64,000 nucleotides of DNA from an uncultured bacterium (GCA_905215405.1 CAJMQE010000002.1:26681-90680), one strand, 5' to 3'; counted from the first letter of the stretch, positions 19,906 to 29,338 are shown. Translations and numbers: made by a program. Notes: generated by a model not told the origin, from the sequence alone.

Positions 19906-20928
19906 TTACTTTATCACCTTATATTGCTCATCCCTTTTTGGCGGATCCAGATATCTGACTTCTTCATCATGTCTGATAATTTTGTCATTATTATCCGTTG
20001 TCTCCCCGATGACTACTGCATCAATTCCACTTTGTGTAAGTGCATTTACTATATCACATCCCCGGTCAGCTGTCATCAGTAAACAACCTGTTGACGCCAG
20101 TTCATATGGATTGATATCGAATATCTCGCAAATTTCAATAATCTCCTGTCGAACAGGGATCTTTCTCAAATCGACATCCATACCGACGCCTGCTGTCTCT
20201 GACAAATTCCACAATGCTGCAAAAATGCCACCTTCAGATACATCGGTCATCGCCGTTACACCATTTTGGATTGCGAGCTGTGCTTCTCTGGCAATAGATA
20301 AATCCGCTTTATCCCCTATTGCCTTTTCTATGAGATCAACAGAATACTTTGTAAGTATTTCCTCTCTTCCAACTTCTGCAAGTAATCTGACTCCCTCTAT
20401 ACCGATCTGTTTAGTCAGAATAATATCCTGTGCAGGTCTGGCATTTGCTGCGCCGATAAACTCTTTTTTTGTATCTGTGCCTGCATAGACATGTCCAAAT
20501 CCGGTTACAGAGATAATCGGACTGCTGACGCCTGAAATCACCCTGGTATCACCACCAGCATAGGTAATGCCCAGTTCTTCACACTGCTCTGCGACTTCCC
20601 TGACACATTTTTTCAGTTCCTGTTCATCCGCATCATCTGGAAAAAGAATACTGGCAACGATTCCTGTTACATGTGCGCCAGATGCTTCCAGATTATTGCT
20701 GACATGGTAGACCGCATTGGGTGCCGAGCTAACACTTGCAGCCAGCGCTTCCTGGTCATTTCCATCTTTTTTTCCAATAGCTCGTTCTTGTAGCCCTTGG
20801 GACTGGGATGCTGTCACAATTGCTGCGTCAGAACCTACAGCTGTACCGGAAATTCTATTACTATTTTTTTTGATCAGCTTTAGAACCGAACGCTTTAAAA
20901 CTGAATTGCTCAATTTCCCTGTATTCAT
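19906..20928 (-). CDS. AIR synthase-related (PurM/HypE/ThiL-fold) protein
   Basis: PurM-like N- and C-domains (...GSDAAIV..., ...GGDT..., ...MTDVSEGGIFAALWNL..., ...IDAVVIGETT). Start taken at MNTGKLSNSVLKRSVL, preceded by GAGGAAAAAT. Confidence 0.8.
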   Translation of the reverse strand: MNTGKLSNSVLKRSVLKLIKKNSNRISGTAVGSDAAIVTASQSQGLQERAIGKKDGNDQEALAASVSSAPNAVYHVSNNLEASGAHVTGIVASILFPDDADEQELKKCVREVAEQCEELGITYAGGDTRVISGVSSPIISVTGFGHVYAGTDTKKEFIGAANARPAQDIILTKQIGIEGVRLLAEVGREEILTKYSVDLIEKAIGDKADLSIAREAQLAIQNGVTAMTDVSEGGIFAALWNLSETAGVGMDVDLRKIPVRQEIIEICEIFDINPYELASTGCLLMTADRGCDIVNALTQSGIDAVVIGETTDNNDKIIRHDEEVRYLDPPKRDEQYKVIK

Positions 20929-21057
20929 ATTTTTCCTCACTTCAATTCTATTGGCTTTCCTGCCGTCAGGTAAAATTACACCTTCCTGCATTTTCCTGTT
21001 CCTGCCATAGTGTAATTTTTCCAATACTGACTGGCATACGCCTGTTCGTCATACGTT

Positions 21058-21168
21058 CTACTGGATGAATGCAGAAACAACTACTGGAACTACCATTGCG
21101 AGTACCAGAATAATAATCAGAATACTGGAAAATATTTTTCGTGTTTTTTTGTTATTAAAATTAATCAT
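21058..21168 (-). CDS. Putative 36-aa single-TM peptide
   Basis: MINFNNKKTRKIFSSILIIILVLAMVVPVVVSAFIQ. AGGAG lies 7 nt upstream of the ATG. It is directly upstream of the PurM-like gene. Support is weak: RBS and hydrophobicity only. Confidence 0.35.
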   Translation of the reverse strand: MINFNNKKTRKIFSSILIIILVLAMVVPVVVSAFIQ

Positions 21169-21331
21169 ATTAAACTCCTGTCTGTATAAATCAGCTACTT
21201 TTTTCATTTTACAGATTTGCACCCTGCAAATACCGCTTTGCATTTATCATTGGATGTAATATAATGAAAAAAGTACTAATGATTATAGAACGTCTGCAAC
21301 AATTTGCAGACAGTGAAAGGAAAAAGAAATT

Positions 21332-21934
21332 ATGAAACTTCTTCTGCCATTTGTCATTTTATTTCTGGTCTGGTTCACCTATGAATTAAAGAAACATGAT
21401 CACTCTCGAAAAGATAATTCTGAGTCTTTCTGGGAACATGAACAAAAAGCAAATCTTACCAGACGTAAAAATATTGATAACTTAAATTATATCACAATTC
21501 CTATAGATTCCCTACCTTTTTTTGAGATAAATGATTCTCAGATCACAGATTATCAGCAACGGATTCATGCATTGGCCGACCGGAAAATCCTGAATCTGAC
21601 AGGCATGACCAATACTGATCTAAAAATGGAATATGGAACTGCAAACCTGAATCATCTGACGGAATATGATGATAACTATGCAGACCTTGTATCTATCCTC
21701 AATAAATGGGGTACCCGTCTGATCAGTCTTGACTATGAAAAAGAAGGAATCCAGGTGCTTGAATTTGCTATCGACTGCCAGACAGACGTTACGACAACTT
21801 ACTATGCACTCGCAGATTACTACGAACGCACCAACCAGTCAGAACGTATCCATGACCTGATCAAAACTGCAGAATCTCTGAATTCCATAACACAGAAATC
21901 AATCATCGAGAATCTTCAGTCACGATCAGCATAA
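21332..21934 (+). CDS. Hypothetical protein with N-terminal TM anchor
   Basis: 200-aa ORF with AAAGGAAAAAG upstream and an N-terminal hydrophobic segment. I recognise no motif. Confidence 0.6.
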   Translation: MKLLLPFVILFLVWFTYELKKHDHSRKDNSESFWEHEQKANLTRRKNIDNLNYITIPIDSLPFFEINDSQITDYQQRIHALADRKILNLTGMTNTDLKMEYGTANLNHLTEYDDNYADLVSILNKWGTRLISLDYEKEGIQVLEFAIDCQTDVTTTYYALADYYERTNQSERIHDLIKTAESLNSITQKSIIENLQSRSA

Positions 21935-21986
21935 ATTATGATCCACTCTATCGCAAAACGATTCACTATACGATTGAACTTCCTGC

Positions 21987-22688
21987 TTATTTCCCATATG
22001 TAGCACGGATCTTATCAATCATTCTGGAAGCCTGACTTTTTGTCAGGCTTTTTATATCTGCCTCCAGCACAATCTGATGTTTCTCCAGCAATTCACTGAG
22101 AAATGTTACCTGTCTCGGTGTGATCGGCGTATCCCTTTTCACATTATAATGTAACTTTATCGTCTCTGAAAATCCTTTATCCTGCGGATCAGCTTGATAT
22201 AATTTTTGATAAACTTGCATTGCGCTCAATGCATCATCCAAAGCCCTGTGATTATTTCCCGGATCGATTGCAAAATAAGTACAGAGATCCTCCAGCCTTT
22301 TGTGCTCCAGATCTGGCAATACTCTCCTTGCAATTTTCAAAGTATCAATGCCATCTCTTTCAAACTTCAGCTTATGATTCACTGCAGCTTTCTTTATAAA
22401 ACTATAGTCAAAAATAATATTATGGCCCAGAAGTGGAAGTCCCTGTGTAAATATAACAAGCTGTTCGATCACATCTTCAATCAGAGGTTTTCCTTGAAGC
22501 ATCTGAGGTGTAATTTTTGTCAGGTCCATTACCTTATCCGATAATGGCACCTGGGGATTGACCAGCGTACTCAATGTCTCCTCTATCTGTCCGTCTATTA
22601 CTCTGGCTGCACCGATCTCCATAATTCGGTCTGTTGCCGGATTCAGACCTGTCATTTCAAGATCAAGTGCAATATACGAATTTATCAT
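21987..22688 (-). CDS. DEDDh 3'-5' exonuclease (DnaQ/PolC-exo-like) with a C-terminal extension
   Basis: ExoI ALDLEMTG, ExoII GHNIIFDYSF, ExoIII HRALDDA. The start overlaps the nth stop (ATGA). Confidence 0.85.
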   Translation of the reverse strand: MINSYIALDLEMTGLNPATDRIMEIGAARVIDGQIEETLSTLVNPQVPLSDKVMDLTKITPQMLQGKPLIEDVIEQLVIFTQGLPLLGHNIIFDYSFIKKAAVNHKLKFERDGIDTLKIARRVLPDLEHKRLEDLCTYFAIDPGNNHRALDDALSAMQVYQKLYQADPQDKGFSETIKLHYNVKRDTPITPRQVTFLSELLEKHQIVLEADIKSLTKSQASRMIDKIRATYGK

Positions 22689-23323
22689 CCTTTTTTCCCT
22701 TTCCTTGCCTTACACAAATGATTCAGGAAACACTCTTCACATTTTGGGGCACGTGCAGTACAGATTTCCCTTCCAAAGGTAATGATCTGAATATTGTAAA
22801 GAATCCAGTGATCTTTCGGTAATACCTTCATTAGATCAAATTCTATTTTTACAGGATCTTCTTCTTTGGTGAACCCAAGTTTATTGGATATTCTTTTTAC
22901 ATGCGTATCCACAACGATACTTGGATCATGAAATATATTTCCTCTGATTACATTGGCCGTTTTACGGCCGACACCTGGCAGCGCCGTCAGATCTTCAAGT
23001 GCCTGTGGAACTTCTCCATTGTATTTATCCAGCAGAATCTTTGCGCTGGCAATGATATTCTTCGCCTTGTTATGGTAAAATCCTGTAGATTTAATATCAT
23101 TTTCCATTTCCTTCAGATCTGCTTGCGCGTAATCTTTCAGCGTAGGATATTTTTTAAATAACTCCCTGGTCACAATATTGACACGTTCATCGGTACACTG
23201 GGCGCTCATCATAGTCGCAAACAAAAGCTGCCATGGATTACTATATTCCAAGCTGCACCGGTATTCTGTTGTGTACTTCTCATCCAGAAGTTCTAATATT
23301 TCTTTCGTCCTTTTTGTTGCCAT
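22685..23323 (-). CDS. nth: Endonuclease III (Nth)
   Basis: HhH-GPD motif LPGVGRKTANV, VDTHVKR, and a 4Fe-4S cluster C-x6-C-x2-C-x5-C (CTARAPKCEECFLNHLC). Confidence 0.95.
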   Translation of the reverse strand: MATKRTKEILELLDEKYTTEYRCSLEYSNPWQLLFATMMSAQCTDERVNIVTRELFKKYPTLKDYAQADLKEMENDIKSTGFYHNKAKNIIASAKILLDKYNGEVPQALEDLTALPGVGRKTANVIRGNIFHDPSIVVDTHVKRISNKLGFTKEEDPVKIEFDLMKVLPKDHWILYNIQIITFGREICTARAPKCEECFLNHLCKARKGKKG

Positions 23324-23332
23324 ACTTGCTCC

Positions 23333-25120
23333 TTACTTCAAAATGTAAGCTTTCGCCGCATAGTTCAATGGGTTTCTCTGGGCATAATCGAACATGATCA
23401 GTTCCTTTTTGGTACTGCTAAGGAATTCATCCTCTGCTTTTACACTTCCAATATCAATTATCTCAGCCTCTGCCCCACATAATTCCACTACATTACAGTC
23501 AAATGCCTGTATATGAGTCGCTTTATTTGGTGAAAAGCTGGTATAAAGTTTTCTGAAAGATTTTTTGTATCCCGCACAATCATCCGCAAAGGATGGACAT
23601 GTCTTAAGATTTTCCCGTAAATATAAATCAAAGAGCAGGATCTGCTCATATTTCTTAGTATCTACATTTTTCAGCGATCTAATAAAATCCATCAGAATCG
23701 TATAACGGGTAATTCTGGAGTGTTTGACGTCAAAGAGACCATTACTTTCATAGTAATGCGCCAGCGCTTTGTACATTGCAAATGGTCCATCGAACTCCTC
23801 TAACAATTCTTTCATCGTATACGCATATTGGCCGCTATTATAATATAATTCCACGACCTCTTCCACATTTTTGATTGCCAGCACATCATCATAGGAAATC
23901 CAGTTCGTGAACAGTACCTCGTAAGGTGCCTTCGCAGTGAACTCAATGCCATAGTCGCCTGCCTTTCTGGCCATCTTGGAACCCTTGAGCACCTTTAAGA
24001 ACCCGAGTTGCAGCTGTTCTGGACAAAGTCGGTATACATCATCAAATGATCTTGTAAAAGATTCATAATTTTCATAAGGCAGACCTGCGATCAGATCCAG
24101 GTGCTGATGAATATTTTCAAAGGAATTGATCCGATTCACTACTTCTGATAGACGGCCAAAGTCCATAACACGGTCGATCTCCTCGATGGTATCTGTATTG
24201 GTCGACTGCACTCCGATTTCAAGCTGAATCAGCCCTGGACGCATATCTTCCATCAGATCGATCTCCTCATCAGTTAGAAGATCGGCAGCAATTTCAAAAT
24301 GAAAATTGGTGATTCCATTATCGTGTTCATGAAGGAAGTTCAGCAGTTCCTTTGTACGTTCATGACTACAGTTAAACGTCCGATCGACAAATTTGACCTG
24401 TGCGACCTTATGTGATAGAAAGAATCCCAGTTCCTGTTCTACTTTATCAATGCTACGGAATCGAACTGATTTTTCCACAGAGGAAAGACAATAGCTGCAG
24501 CCATATGGACAGCCTCTGCTGCTTTCATAATAAATGATCTTATTTTCAAATTTACGCATGTCGTCATATATAAAAGGTAGCTCGTCCATATCGAGCAGCG
24601 GACGCATTGCTGTCGTCACAACCTGTCCATCCTCTTTACGATAGGAGATTCCGGCAACTTCATTTAGTGAAGATATTATTTCAATACCCTTCTGTTCATT
24701 TCCGCTATGATTATAGAATCGTACCACATCCAGAAATGTTTCTTCGCCTTCCCCGATCATTACGCCCTCAATATATGGATGTTCCCTGAGTACCTTCTGG
24801 CTGTCATAGGTTACTTCTGGCCCTCCAAGCCAAATGATCAGATCTGGACGTATCTTTTTCAATTCCCTGCAAACTTCATAAACATAGTCTATATTCCAGA
24901 TATAACAGGAAAATGCAACGATATCTGGATGTTTCTTATAAATTTCACGGTAAATATCCTGCGTATACTGATTGATCGTAAATTCTGCGATCTCAACGGT
25001 ATCCCCGAGATTCCCCAGTCCTCTCTGTTTGGCATGCTCTGCACAATAAGCTTTCAGACTGTAAACCGCTAGATTTGAATGGATATATTTTGAATTAATT
25101 GCTGTCAGTAATAATTTCAT
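23333..25120 (-). CDS. B12-binding-domain radical SAM protein (class B, DUF4080-like C-terminus)
   Basis: N-terminal cobalamin-binding-like domain, radical SAM motif SSRGCPYGCSYC (CxxxCxxC), and a long C-terminal domain. The stop lies 9 nt from the nth start. Confidence 0.88.
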   Translation of the reverse strand: MKLLLTAINSKYIHSNLAVYSLKAYCAEHAKQRGLGNLGDTVEIAEFTINQYTQDIYREIYKKHPDIVAFSCYIWNIDYVYEVCRELKKIRPDLIIWLGGPEVTYDSQKVLREHPYIEGVMIGEGEETFLDVVRFYNHSGNEQKGIEIISSLNEVAGISYRKEDGQVVTTAMRPLLDMDELPFIYDDMRKFENKIIYYESSRGCPYGCSYCLSSVEKSVRFRSIDKVEQELGFFLSHKVAQVKFVDRTFNCSHERTKELLNFLHEHDNGITNFHFEIAADLLTDEEIDLMEDMRPGLIQLEIGVQSTNTDTIEEIDRVMDFGRLSEVVNRINSFENIHQHLDLIAGLPYENYESFTRSFDDVYRLCPEQLQLGFLKVLKGSKMARKAGDYGIEFTAKAPYEVLFTNWISYDDVLAIKNVEEVVELYYNSGQYAYTMKELLEEFDGPFAMYKALAHYYESNGLFDVKHSRITRYTILMDFIRSLKNVDTKKYEQILLFDLYLRENLKTCPSFADDCAGYKKSFRKLYTSFSPNKATHIQAFDCNVVELCGAEAEIIDIGSVKAEDEFLSSTKKELIMFDYAQRNPLNYAAKAYILK

Positions 25121-25327
25121 TTTGCTTCCTCTTTTTCTTTTAGGATGTTTTCTGTTTTGTATTTTTCAAATTGCTTTTTTAACATCTTTATTCTGGTTCT
25201 CTATTCCCATTATTTTATCACTTCTGTCCATGTATCGTAAAGGCTTCATTTTCTGGAATCCGCCACTGGTATAGAATGGTTTTTTCTTTCATATATTTAT
25301 ACTATCTAAAAATCTGAGGTACAGTGC

Positions 25328-26566
25328 ATGAAACGTGGTATCTTTCTAAAGATAGGGATTCTATGCGAATTTGCCTTCATTTTATTTCTCTTTACATATA
25401 TCATCTTACACTACTCTTTCCCACCTGACAGCCAGTCTGTCGTAACAGATAATGTCTCCAGCAATAGTGAAAATGCCGCCGGATTACAGAATTCTGGAAC
25501 TTCCATTACACCTGAAGATCCAGAAAGCGGAGAAGGCACAGGAAATAGTGGTTCGCTTGAGGATGCCACAACCGGTGATTCCGATTCTGACTATATTAAA
25601 TGGGTCGAGTTCAACGTTTCCGAACAGGCTCTGGAAGACGCCTACAAACTGGATGTCAACTCTCAAGCCAATGAGGTGCGACTCAACTGGGTCGAACTGC
25701 TCGCTTACCTAGGTGCAAAATATGGTGGTGATTTTAAGAGCTACAAACAATCTGATCTGACGAACTTTGCCAAGAAGTTGCAAAATCAGGAAACAACCAT
25801 TGATGCCGTCAGCGCCGACACGAAATATTACAACTACTATTATCAAGCTTATGATGCTGTTCTTGGTGGTCTCGTGGGAAACTATCAGATTCAGACCGCC
25901 AGCGATTCTAATCCGGATGAACTTGTTTGGGTCGATAAATATGGTCTGAAAGGCTTTTCTCCCATTGCCAAAGGCTACTCTTATAGTGATTACGATGACT
26001 TTGGCGTATCCAGAAGTTATGGATACCGACGAAATCACCTCGGTCATGATATGATGGGACAAATTGGAACACCAATTATTGCCGTTGAATCCGGCTATGT
26101 GGAAGTCATGGGCTGGAATCAGTACGGTGGATGGCGTATCGGTATTCGAAGTTTTGATAAAAAGAGATATTACTACTACGCGCATCTCCGTCAGAACTTT
26201 CCATTCAACAAATCTCTGCAGGAAGGCAGTGTCGTTCAGGCAGGCGATGTCATCGGCTATATGGGACACACCGGTTACAGTTCTACTGAAAATGTAAATA
26301 ATATCGACCAGGTACATTTACACTTCGGCCTTGAACTCATTTTCAATGAATGCCAGAAAGAATGTAACAACGAAATATGGGTCGACTGTTACGCCCTCAC
26401 CCAGTTCCTCTATAAGAACAAATGTCAGACTGTCAAAGATCCAGACACCAAAGAATATTCCCGTGTCTACCAGATCATTGACCCTGCCGCTGAACAATAC
26501 CGTGCTGAAAATGGGCTGGAGTCAGCAACCTCCCCTGATGTCAGTACAAATGGTACTTCAAACTGA
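25328..26566 (+). CDS. M23-family (LytM-type) metallopeptidase with N-terminal TM anchor
   Basis: HxxxD (NHLGHDM) and HxH (VHLHFG) motifs, plus an N-terminal TM and a low-complexity linker. Confidence 0.85.
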   Translation: MKRGIFLKIGILCEFAFILFLFTYIILHYSFPPDSQSVVTDNVSSNSENAAGLQNSGTSITPEDPESGEGTGNSGSLEDATTGDSDSDYIKWVEFNVSEQALEDAYKLDVNSQANEVRLNWVELLAYLGAKYGGDFKSYKQSDLTNFAKKLQNQETTIDAVSADTKYYNYYYQAYDAVLGGLVGNYQIQTASDSNPDELVWVDKYGLKGFSPIAKGYSYSDYDDFGVSRSYGYRRNHLGHDMMGQIGTPIIAVESGYVEVMGWNQYGGWRIGIRSFDKKRYYYYAHLRQNFPFNKSLQEGSVVQAGDVIGYMGHTGYSSTENVNNIDQVHLHFGLELIFNECQKECNNEIWVDCYALTQFLYKNKCQTVKDPDTKEYSRVYQIIDPAAEQYRAENGLESATSPDVSTNGTSN

Positions 26567-26591
26567 CTTTTGATAACTTCCGTGTAAAAAG

Positions 26592-26650
26592 AAACAAGAG
26601 CAGCCATCTCACTGGTCTCCCAGTAAAATGACTACTCTTATTTTTTTGTA
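26592..26650. terminator. Hairpin with T-run between the M23 peptidase gene and the tRNA genes
   Basis: AAGAGCAGCCAT...ATGACTACTCTT (two mismatches) followed by ATTTTTTT. A U-rich tract is also present on the opposite strand. Confidence 0.45.
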
Positions 26651-26657
26651 ACAAAAA

Positions 26658-26728
26658 AGCGGGTGATGGGAATCGAACCCACGTATCTAGCTTGGAAGGC
26701 TAGTGTTCTACCATTGAACTACACCCGC
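26658..26728 (-). tRNA. tRNA-Gly (anticodon UCC)
   Basis: Manual cloverleaf: acceptor GCGGGTG/CACCCGC, D stem GTTC/GAAC, anticodon stem CTAGC/GCTAG with loop CTTCCAA, T arm GTGGG-TTCGATT-CCCAT. CCA is not encoded. Confidence 0.95.
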
Positions 26729-26736
26729 ATATAAAG

Positions 26737-26809
<73 letters not shown>

Positions 26810-26893
26810 ATTCCTATTATGTAATTACCAGCTGTCTATTGTCCCGGATAACTTTTTGTGATCGAGCAACACACACTCCATAACGCAATATTG

Positions 26894-26923
26894 ATTCTAG
26901 CATATCAGTGTTTGAATTGTCAA
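26894..26923 (-). promoter_or_regulatory. Candidate sigma-A promoter for the tRNA-Phe/tRNA-Gly unit
   Basis: The minus strand reads TTGACA, then 18 nt, then TGcTAGAAT (extended -10). It lies about 80 nt upstream of tRNA-Phe. Confidence 0.4.
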
Positions 26924-27185
26924 GATATTTTACACCACTTTTTAACTTTAATGTCAAAAAGTTTTTATTACCATACTTACTTTACTATATGCACCTGCAT
27001 CAGAAATGTTCCCATACAGAAAAATAAAGCAGATACAGGGATAGATACTCTCGATACTCTGCTTACCCTTCCCTGCCTGCTTCAATTCACTACTTCTATT
27101 AAACCCGAATTAAAATCCTGCTTACTGCTTCACTGCTTCGTCCTGATTGTATCCAAGTTTCGTCCTGCACATGAATCTAGCTTTT

Positions 27186-27319
27186 ACACTTGCGGCTTAG
27201 CCTTTGGACTTACCTTTGGCTTACACTTGCAACTCAGCCTTTGGACTTACCTTTGGCTTACACTTGCGACTCAGCCTTTGGACTTGCATTTTGCTTACAC
27301 CTACTTGGGTTTTGGACTC
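27186..27319. repeat. 37-bp tandem repeat, about 3.6 copies
   Basis: The unit ACACTTGC(G/A)(G/A)CT(T/C)AGCCTTTGGACTTACCTTTGGCTT starts at 27186, 27223, 27260 and 27297 (partial). The period is not a multiple of 3. It lies between the trmD stop and the tRNA promoter. Confidence 0.9.
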
Positions 27320-27375
27320 TAAACGAGCTTTTACTTAACTTCAATTAGATATTTCACTTTGTAATTTGTTATTTG

Positions 27376-28116
27376 TTATTTGTTCTTTCTTTTTTTCTTC
27401 TGGCTCTCTTCCTCTCGGATCTTCTGCTCTGTCAGATAGATCTCATAGAGGTCAGGGCGGAATTTCTTGGTCCGCTCAATCGATTTCTGAAGACGCCATT
27501 CATCAATTTTTCCATGATGTCCTGACAAAAGAACTTCAGGCACTTTTTTACCATTATAAGTTTCCGGTCTGGTATACTGAGGATACTCGAGCAAATTGTC
27601 ATGAAAGCTTTCAAATTCTGCTGATACATCATTATTCAGTACTCCTGGGACAAGTCTGGAAATCGCATCGATCATGACCATTGCAGGAAGTTCTCCACCT
27701 GTCAGTACATAATCACCAATGGATACAAAGTCTGTTACGACTTCTTCCAGAGCTCTTTCGTCAATTCCTTCATAGTGTCCACAGAGGATTACCAGATCCT
27801 CTTCTTTTGCGAATTCTTCTGCCATTTCCTGTTTAAATGTGTGTCCCTGTGGTGTCATATATACCACTCTTGGTCTTTTCCCAGTTTTGCTGACAATAGA
27901 TTCATATGCCTTGACAACAGGTTCTGCCTGCATGACCATACCTGCGCCTCCACCATATGGATAATCGTCTACCTTCATATGTTTATTGCTGGAAAAGTCT
28001 CTGATATCCACAGCATCAACAGACAGGATGCCTTTTTCTATCGCGCGGCCTGTAATACTTGTACTTAATCCATCTATAATCATTTGAGGGAACAATGTTA
28101 GAACATGAAAATTCAT
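27376..28116 (-). CDS. trmD: tRNA (guanine37-N1)-methyltransferase TrmD
   Basis: MNFHVLTLFPQMI..., ...DDYPYGGGAGMVM..., ...ILCGHYEGIDERA..., ...SIGDYVLTGGELPAMV are hallmark TrmD segments. Confidence 0.95.
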   Translation of the reverse strand: MNFHVLTLFPQMIIDGLSTSITGRAIEKGILSVDAVDIRDFSSNKHMKVDDYPYGGGAGMVMQAEPVVKAYESIVSKTGKRPRVVYMTPQGHTFKQEMAEEFAKEEDLVILCGHYEGIDERALEEVVTDFVSIGDYVLTGGELPAMVMIDAISRLVPGVLNNDVSAEFESFHDNLLEYPQYTRPETYNGKKVPEVLLSGHHGKIDEWRLQKSIERTKKFRPDLYEIYLTEQKIREEESQKKKRKNK

Positions 28117-28162
28117 TCTTTCTTATCCTCTCTTACTTTTTTACTTTGTTTTTTCTCTATTT

Positions 28163-29314
28163 TTACTTTGCATCAATATTTGTAATTTCAGCAATCGTAT
28201 TTAACATAAATCCATAGCAAGAATTGTAAAGTGCTACACCATTACTTGTTAACTCAGAATCCAGATTTCCACTGCCATCTGTAAATGCGTTGTAGAGATC
28301 GATGTAACTTACTCCATCTGTAGCAACCATCTGTACCAGTTTCTGATTCAGTTCCTTAATATTGTTATTTGAAATCTTAACAGTAGATTTATCTTCATAC
28401 GATTTTGAAATAGGCAATACTGAAACTATATGGATCTTGGTATTTGGAAGCTTGTCCTGAATCTCATGAATCAGATCTTTATAATACTGTGTGATCTTAT
28501 CTGTGCTTCTGATATCCGTTCCATAATTCAGATCGTTAAGTCCAAGCATGATAAATACTTTATCAGGATTAGCAGAAACGATCTGATCTACGAACTTCGT
28601 TGCTTTGTCAGTTGTCACATTATCATCTGAAATGACCTGACTGCTGTCAAGATATCCATAGTGTTCAATACCACTGATGATCATATCTCCGACAAATACA
28701 GAATTTGCATAGTAATCTTTATATGAAAAATCTTCTGAATCTACTTTTTTGTCCGTTGTGAAAATTCTGTTATAAGGCTTATCTGCATCAGCCACAGTTG
28801 TCTGTTGTGCCTGTGTTTCTGTACCTACCGTATTATTATCTGCAATAGCTGCAGTTGTTTCCTGTTTTGCAGTTGTCTGCTTCTGAGCTGTTGTAGCGGC
28901 CCCATTGTCGCCCTTATTCAGGCCGCCAATGATCTTTGCCCCTGCGACAACAACAATTGCTGCTACAGCGATACCACCAAGTGTATACACATATTTCTTA
29001 TATTTGTTCCATTGTCTTAACTTCTTATTCAGTCTAATATCACTACTAGAATGAGCTGCATCAGCTCTATTGTTTCCGCCTGCTTCTGCATTATCTGCTC
29101 CATCAGTAGCATTCATTCTATCGTTTGCACCATCTAATCCGTCATTCTCATTATTACCTTTAAAATCCTTACTGTAAACAGGCGCTGACATTGCCTCAAC
29201 TGATCTTAAAATTTCTTCATCTATATCAATATCTGCACTTTTCTTATTCTGTACAGCGTAATTTTTATTCTTTGTTTTATTATTTTTTACATTATTTGTA
29301 TTCTTATTGTCCAT
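28163..29314 (-). CDS. Membrane-anchored SGNH/GDSL-like domain protein (catalytic triad apparently substituted)
   Basis: Asn/Lys-rich N-terminus, one TM, a Thr/Ala/Gln linker, then an SGNH-like domain. Block I reads VGDMIISG (Ser position is Met), block III is LGLNDL, and block V reads SNGVALY in place of DGxH. Confidence 0.65.
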   Translation of the reverse strand: MDNKNTNNVKNNKTKNKNYAVQNKKSADIDIDEEILRSVEAMSAPVYSKDFKGNNENDGLDGANDRMNATDGADNAEAGGNNRADAAHSSSDIRLNKKLRQWNKYKKYVYTLGGIAVAAIVVVAGAKIIGGLNKGDNGAATTAQKQTTAKQETTAAIADNNTVGTETQAQQTTVADADKPYNRIFTTDKKVDSEDFSYKDYYANSVFVGDMIISGIEHYGYLDSSQVISDDNVTTDKATKFVDQIVSANPDKVFIMLGLNDLNYGTDIRSTDKITQYYKDLIHEIQDKLPNTKIHIVSVLPISKSYEDKSTVKISNNNIKELNQKLVQMVATDGVSYIDLYNAFTDGSGNLDSELTSNGVALYNSCYGFMLNTIAEITNIDAK

Positions 29315-29338
29315 CTTATCCTGTCCTTTCTAAAGATG

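Noticed and set aside
26858-27322. 154-aa plus-strand ORF spanning the trmD-tRNA spacer
   Set aside because: It runs through a 37-bp repeat (not a multiple of 3), which gives a shifting repetitive translation. It has no RBS and no recognisable domain.
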